Shown here piece by piece: positions 60,865 to 64,000 of a stretch of 64,000 nt of DNA (position 1 is the first letter of the stretch; each line of letters opens with the position of its first letter). The notes below the pieces were generated by a model, which worked only from the letters and a program-made list of their open reading frames with translations, was not told where the DNA came from and made no database searches. The translations under genes were made by a program, and so were the position numbers. The DNA is from a virus (lineage: Duplodnaviria; Heunggongvirae; Uroviricota; Caudoviricetes), in the IMG/VR virus record IMGVR_UViG_3300034091_000309. One strand, given 5' to 3'.

Positions 60865-60880
60865 TTTGCCCTGCCGGGCT

Positions 60881-60911
60881 GGGTTGGTTTTGGTTCGCTA
60901 TCAAAAGGCAG
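60881..60911 (-). promoter_or_regulatory. conserved upstream box for leftward genes (plus strand ...GGTTCGCTATCAAA; minus strand TTTGATAGCGAACC...)
   Basis: One member of a family of 6 copies, each 25-60 nt upstream of a minus-strand start codon. Confidence 0.5.
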
Positions 60912-60939
60912 CTCCTAGCTCTCAGCTAAAAGCTCAAGG

Positions 60940-61239
60940 CTAACGACTCTGCTTCACGGGCACGGGCAGCGCATCGCACATCACGATCAGCGGCTCACCG
61001 GAAAATTTGGGAAGGTCCACATGCAGATTCCCGGCCGGCGCCTCACAGGGCGGGGTCTGGACCCAGATCGTCCATTGGCCGCCGGCGAGCTGGGGGCTGG
61101 TGCGCCAGCCGACGCGGGGAGCTGGTCTGGACAACAAAGCGACCGCCAAGATGAGAAGGGCAGTTGCCGCCAAGATGAGAAGGGCAGTTGCGGCAAGAAA
61201 ACCACTGACGACCATGACGATCAAAGGTTTGTTCATCAT
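60940..61239 (-). CDS. small membrane protein with internal tandem repeat (ATALLILA x2)
   Basis: A 24-bp direct DNA repeat gatgagaagggcagttgc.gc.aag occurs twice at 61141-61190. Confidence 0.45.
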   Translation of the reverse strand: MMNKPLIVMVVSGFLAATALLILAATALLILAVALLSRPAPRVGWRTSPQLAGGQWTIWVQTPPCEAPAGNLHVDLPKFSGEPLIVMCDALPVPVKQSR

Positions 61240-61265
61240 CTTTGCTTCTTTCTGGCGCTGCGCAC

Positions 61266-61305
61266 CCGTTATGTTGCGTTGATTTGGCCCGCTATCAAAG
61301 AGCAG
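61266..61305 (-). promoter_or_regulatory. conserved upstream box (minus strand TTTGATAGCGGGCCAAATCAACGCAACATAAC), a TTGATA-N17-ACATAA-like promoter
   Basis: Family member, upstream of the gene 60940..61239. Confidence 0.5.
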
Positions 61306-61333
61306 CTCTTCGCTGTTAGCTTCTAGCCAGAGG

Positions 61334-61633
61334 CTAATGGTTGATGGTGATGGTTTCGGCGCCGATCGACTGCAGGGTGCGCTCGACTTCAAGAAGGAAG
61401 CGGTGGTAGTTGCAGACGTAGAGACTCCCCTGCCGCGAGGCCCAGACGGCATCCTCTCCGCACATGCCCACGCGGTCGCACTCGATCGGGGCCGGTCGCG
61501 CGTCTGGACTCGGGGTCCCCAACGATGGGTCCATATCGTTGGGGTGATGATCGATGGCCCGCCAGACGGCGTCTTCGGCCATCGGCGGAAGGCCGGCTAA
61601 AACCTTGGCTCGGTATTCCTTGCCTAAATCCAT
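61334..61633 (-). CDS. hypothetical protein (99 aa) with an in-frame RPE segment (HPNDMDPSLGTPSPD)
   Basis: RBS gaggcaac precedes the ATG; an RPE copy at 61511-61549 is read in frame. Confidence 0.45.
   Translation of the reverse strand: MDLGKEYRAKVLAGLPPMAEDAVWRAIDHHPNDMDPSLGTPSPDARPAPIECDRVGMCGEDAVWASRQGSLYVCNYHRFLLEVERTLQSIGAETITINH
61511..61549 (-). repeat. RPE-like element copy, inverted orientation, inside a CDS
   Basis: The sequence reads cggggtccccaacgatgggtccatatcgttggggtgatg. Confidence 0.7.
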
Positions 61634-61654
61634 AGTTGCCTCAGTTTTCTTGGC

Positions 61655-61686
61655 GCTGTGCGCCGGTTGGTGGTGCGTTTAGTCGC
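61655..61686 (-). promoter_or_regulatory. conserved upstream box for leftward gene
   Basis: The plus strand reads gttggtggtgcgtttagtcgcctatcaaacc. Confidence 0.45.
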
Positions 61687-61694
61687 CTATCAAA

Positions 61695-61732
61695 CCACCC
61701 CAGCGACGTGGACCTATCGCCGGGGACCCCGC
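61695..61732 (+). repeat. RPE-like element copy
   Basis: The sequence reads ccaccccagcgacgtggacctatcgccggggaccccgc. Confidence 0.75.
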
Positions 61733-61831
61733 TATCAAATACGGTGCGCTTCTCGGAGTAGAATGTCAACTACATTCGTACTTGAGCATGGATTATTGCC
61801 GGTCGTCCAGAATTCGGACGGGCTGATTTGG

Positions 61832-61858
61832 TCCGCTATCAAAAACGCCGCGCGGGAT
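61832..61858 (-). promoter_or_regulatory. conserved upstream box for leftward gene
   Basis: The plus strand reads gctgatttggtccgctatcaaaaacgc. Confidence 0.45.
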
Positions 61859-61867
61859 CTCGGCCGG

Positions 61868-62935
61868 TTACTCGTTGACGATGTGGGGTGACTGGGGCTG
61901 GTAGTCGAGCTGCACCCGTCGTCCGCACTCGCAGCAGGTGCCCTCTTGCCAAGGAAGCGCTGTGCCATCGGCTTGGTACTGGGTCTCGATGGGGTCCCAC
62001 TCCACGGTTTCATGGGCGCAATCATCCAGAGCCTTCCATGTGTCATTCGCCGCATTGTAGAAAAGTTCGGCGCCGCATCTCTCGCACACGGTCTGCATCA
62101 CGCCCTGGTTACGGGGGATGTGCTCACAGGGCCGGGCGGGCGCCGGCGGGGCTGTAGGCGCGCCGTGCCGGTAGGCGGTTTCCAGAGCCGCTTTCACTTG
62201 CCAGACCGCTACTTCGTGAAAGTCGAGACGGTCAGAGTTGCGGGTCTCCAAGGTTTCAATCCCGAGCTGCGTCTTGGCAATTCCGGCGATCAGATCGGCC
62301 GGCGCCGGGTTTGGGGTAGCCGCGAACTGGCGAACGTGTAAGCTGTGTTCTGCTTCTACGTGTTCCCTCGTCACCTTTCCCGTAGAAGTGAAACTCCACC
62401 CGCCGCATGAGCAAGAGGCTTGGCCGTCTTGCAGGGAAAAGACAAGCAATTGATGGTCTGTGGTGTTGGCCGGGGCGGCGTCTGCCACTTCGTCAGCTTC
62501 GCTATACTGCGCTGCCGCGTCCAGCATGGCCGGCGTGATTCCGGCCGCCTCAAAGTTGGCCTGCTGCTCCGCAAGGATGCCGTGGTCGGCGGGCGTGGTT
62601 GCCGAGGCGGCGTCTGCAACGTTGATGGTTTCCAGTACGCCTTGGGTCAGGCAGAAGAAACCCGTGGTCTGGGTGATGGGCGCATACTGTCTGCCGGTGT
62701 CCAGATCCCAGACGGTTACAGCGGTGCGCTGGGTGTCGCTGGCGTCAATCTCAACGGCCATTACCTTCAGGGTTTCAGAGTTCATGGCCCACAGAGGTTC
62801 ATCGGCTGTTTCTATGGCCAAGTAACGGGCGGGGTGCTCGGGTATCTCCCAACCGTTTTCGACCGGGTGGGAATCATAGCCGATCTTGCTCAAAAGCAAG
62901 GTGAGCCGGGCGGCGTAATTGATTGCTGAGTTCAT
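61868..62935 (-). CDS. hypothetical protein (355 aa)
   Basis: RBS gagga precedes the ATG. Confidence 0.5.
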   Translation of the reverse strand: MNSAINYAARLTLLLSKIGYDSHPVENGWEIPEHPARYLAIETADEPLWAMNSETLKVMAVEIDASDTQRTAVTVWDLDTGRQYAPITQTTGFFCLTQGVLETINVADAASATTPADHGILAEQQANFEAAGITPAMLDAAAQYSEADEVADAAPANTTDHQLLVFSLQDGQASCSCGGWSFTSTGKVTREHVEAEHSLHVRQFAATPNPAPADLIAGIAKTQLGIETLETRNSDRLDFHEVAVWQVKAALETAYRHGAPTAPPAPARPCEHIPRNQGVMQTVCERCGAELFYNAANDTWKALDDCAHETVEWDPIETQYQADGTALPWQEGTCCECGRRVQLDYQPQSPHIVNE

Positions 62936-62958
62936 TTCGATCCTCGTTTTTCTCCCGG

Positions 62959-62988
62959 CCGGGCCGGGGGTGTGTTTGGTTGGCTATC
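62959..62988 (-). promoter_or_regulatory. conserved upstream box for leftward gene
   Basis: The plus strand reads ggtgtgtttggttggctatcaaatgacagc. Confidence 0.45.
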
Positions 62989-63015
62989 AAATGACAGCGT
63001 ACAGCGGCCGGCGGC

Positions 63016-63906
63016 TCAGGCCGCAGCCGATTCCAGGCTCTTGAGGGTTTCGTTGGGGTTGATGCGGGTGGGCGGAAAGACCCAGGTTACGCCGGGGTAG
63101 GGCTCTTCCTGGCCGTTGCCGGTGAAGCGGGCCACGGGAAAGTACGCCTTGATCTTTCCGCAGTGGAGCAACTCATACCAGGCGCGGGGATCGGGCTTTC
63201 GGATCTCCGCCCGAAGGGAGCGCATGGAATAGACATAGGCCCCGTTGACGCCGCTCCCGGCCGGCGTGTAGCGCTTGCCGCCGATGAGATAGGCGCAGAC
63301 AGAATGGCGGTCTTCCAATGGCGCCAGCCCTAGATACTCTTGTGTGTTCAGCCGGTTCTGGCGGGGGTCTTTTTCGATCTCGGGAAAGTGTTTCCATGCC
63401 ATGTGACCGCAGCGCTCCAGGTTGGGACCGCATTCCAGGGCGGGAAAATCCGGTGCGCTATCAAAGGTCATGTCGCCGATATGCCGGGTAGGGTGGGGGC
63501 CGCGGCGCAGGTCCAGGACGTGTACTGCGTTGGCGGCGGGGTTGAGGATGTAGACCCATTCCAGATCCGTGTCGGCCAAGTCGGCCTGGGTGAAGTAGTA
63601 GGTTTCATCCAGGGGCGTATGCTGGTGATGCTTGCAATGGGGATCGGGAACCTTGCCCGGTTTGGCCTTGCTCATCAAACCCAGCGCAATATCGTGGGGC
63701 TGGCTGGCGACCTGCCCGCAGTATTCGCAGACGCCGCCCTTGAGATAGTTGCGCCAGTCATCGAATTTCAGGATGGACTCGCCGATCTCGGCGAGAGTCT
63801 GTTGGCCTTGGGTCATCTGCCGGATCAGATGCTCATAGAGTTCCCGGCCCAGCTCCGTGGGGTAACTGTCGAAATGGTTGTAGACGCCGCGCCATTCCGC
63901 GCTCAA
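63016..63906 (-). CDS. hypothetical protein (296 aa)
   Basis: TTG start after RBS ggtaggag. Confidence 0.45.
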   Translation of the reverse strand: MSAEWRGVYNHFDSYPTELGRELYEHLIRQMTQGQQTLAEIGESILKFDDWRNYLKGGVCEYCGQVASQPHDIALGLMSKAKPGKVPDPHCKHHQHTPLDETYYFTQADLADTDLEWVYILNPAANAVHVLDLRRGPHPTRHIGDMTFDSAPDFPALECGPNLERCGHMAWKHFPEIEKDPRQNRLNTQEYLGLAPLEDRHSVCAYLIGGKRYTPAGSGVNGAYVYSMRSLRAEIRKPDPRAWYELLHCGKIKAYFPVARFTGNGQEEPYPGVTWVFPPTRINPNETLKSLESAAA

Positions 63907-63953
63907 CTCCTACCGCTCCCCGTGTACTCATGGGGTGTACTCACTTTCTGGGG

Positions 63954-63990
63954 CTGTGCCCCGGTTATGTTGCGTTTGGTTTGGCCGGCT
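63954..63990 (-). promoter_or_regulatory. conserved upstream box (plus strand gttatgttgcgtttggtttggccggctatcaaaatga)
   Basis: Near-identical to the copy at 61266-61305. Confidence 0.5.
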
Positions 63991-64000
63991 ATCAAAATGA

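Noticed and set aside
639-61732. Possibility that the dispersed palindromic repeats form a CRISPR array
   Set aside because: Copies are irregularly spaced at kb scale, lie in both orientations, are embedded in genes, and have no unique short spacers. This is not CRISPR architecture.

Overview
This is a high-GC, phage or prophage-like accessory region with four main parts. First, a large tRNA island of at least 22 tRNA genes spans roughly 0.5-14 kb. It is interleaved with an HNH endonuclease, a truncated seryl-tRNA-synthetase arm fragment, a minimal alanyl-tRNA-synthetase catalytic-domain homolog, and a Ro60/Rsr (TROVE+vWA) gene. That Ro60 gene is preceded by a promoter-driven tandem array of five Y-RNA-like ncRNAs, the last carrying a YrlA-type tRNA-like module. 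Second, a recombination module (a Cas4-like PD-(D/E)xK exonuclease plus RecT), an integration module (excisionase, P4-like tyrosine integrase, AlpA) and a replication module (a DUF1376-like protein plus a DnaB-N/RecA-like helicase). Third, three DNA methyltransferases, one of them a C5-MTase with two apparent frameshifts, and cargo genes: a PspA plus TPM(YgcG) plus metallophosphoesterase trio, a BCS1-like AAA ATPase, peptide deformylase, a Flp pilin, and a GH108 endolysin with a small hydrophobic peptide. Fourth, a leftward-transcribed block at 58-64 kb in which each gene has its own conserved upstream box. The whole window carries at least 40 copies of a roughly 38-bp GC-rich palindromic hairpin element with compensatory stem covariation. 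The element is found in intergenic DNA and also in-frame inside many CDSs, resembling Rickettsia palindromic elements. Other recurrent signals are a leaderless-mRNA promoter motif (TATAAT-N-GCGGNC-ATG), a conserved promoter box (CCGTTTCAAAAAGGGTGTATATTGC), and stop-codon-dense intergenic spacer motifs. The window contains no capsid or tail genes.
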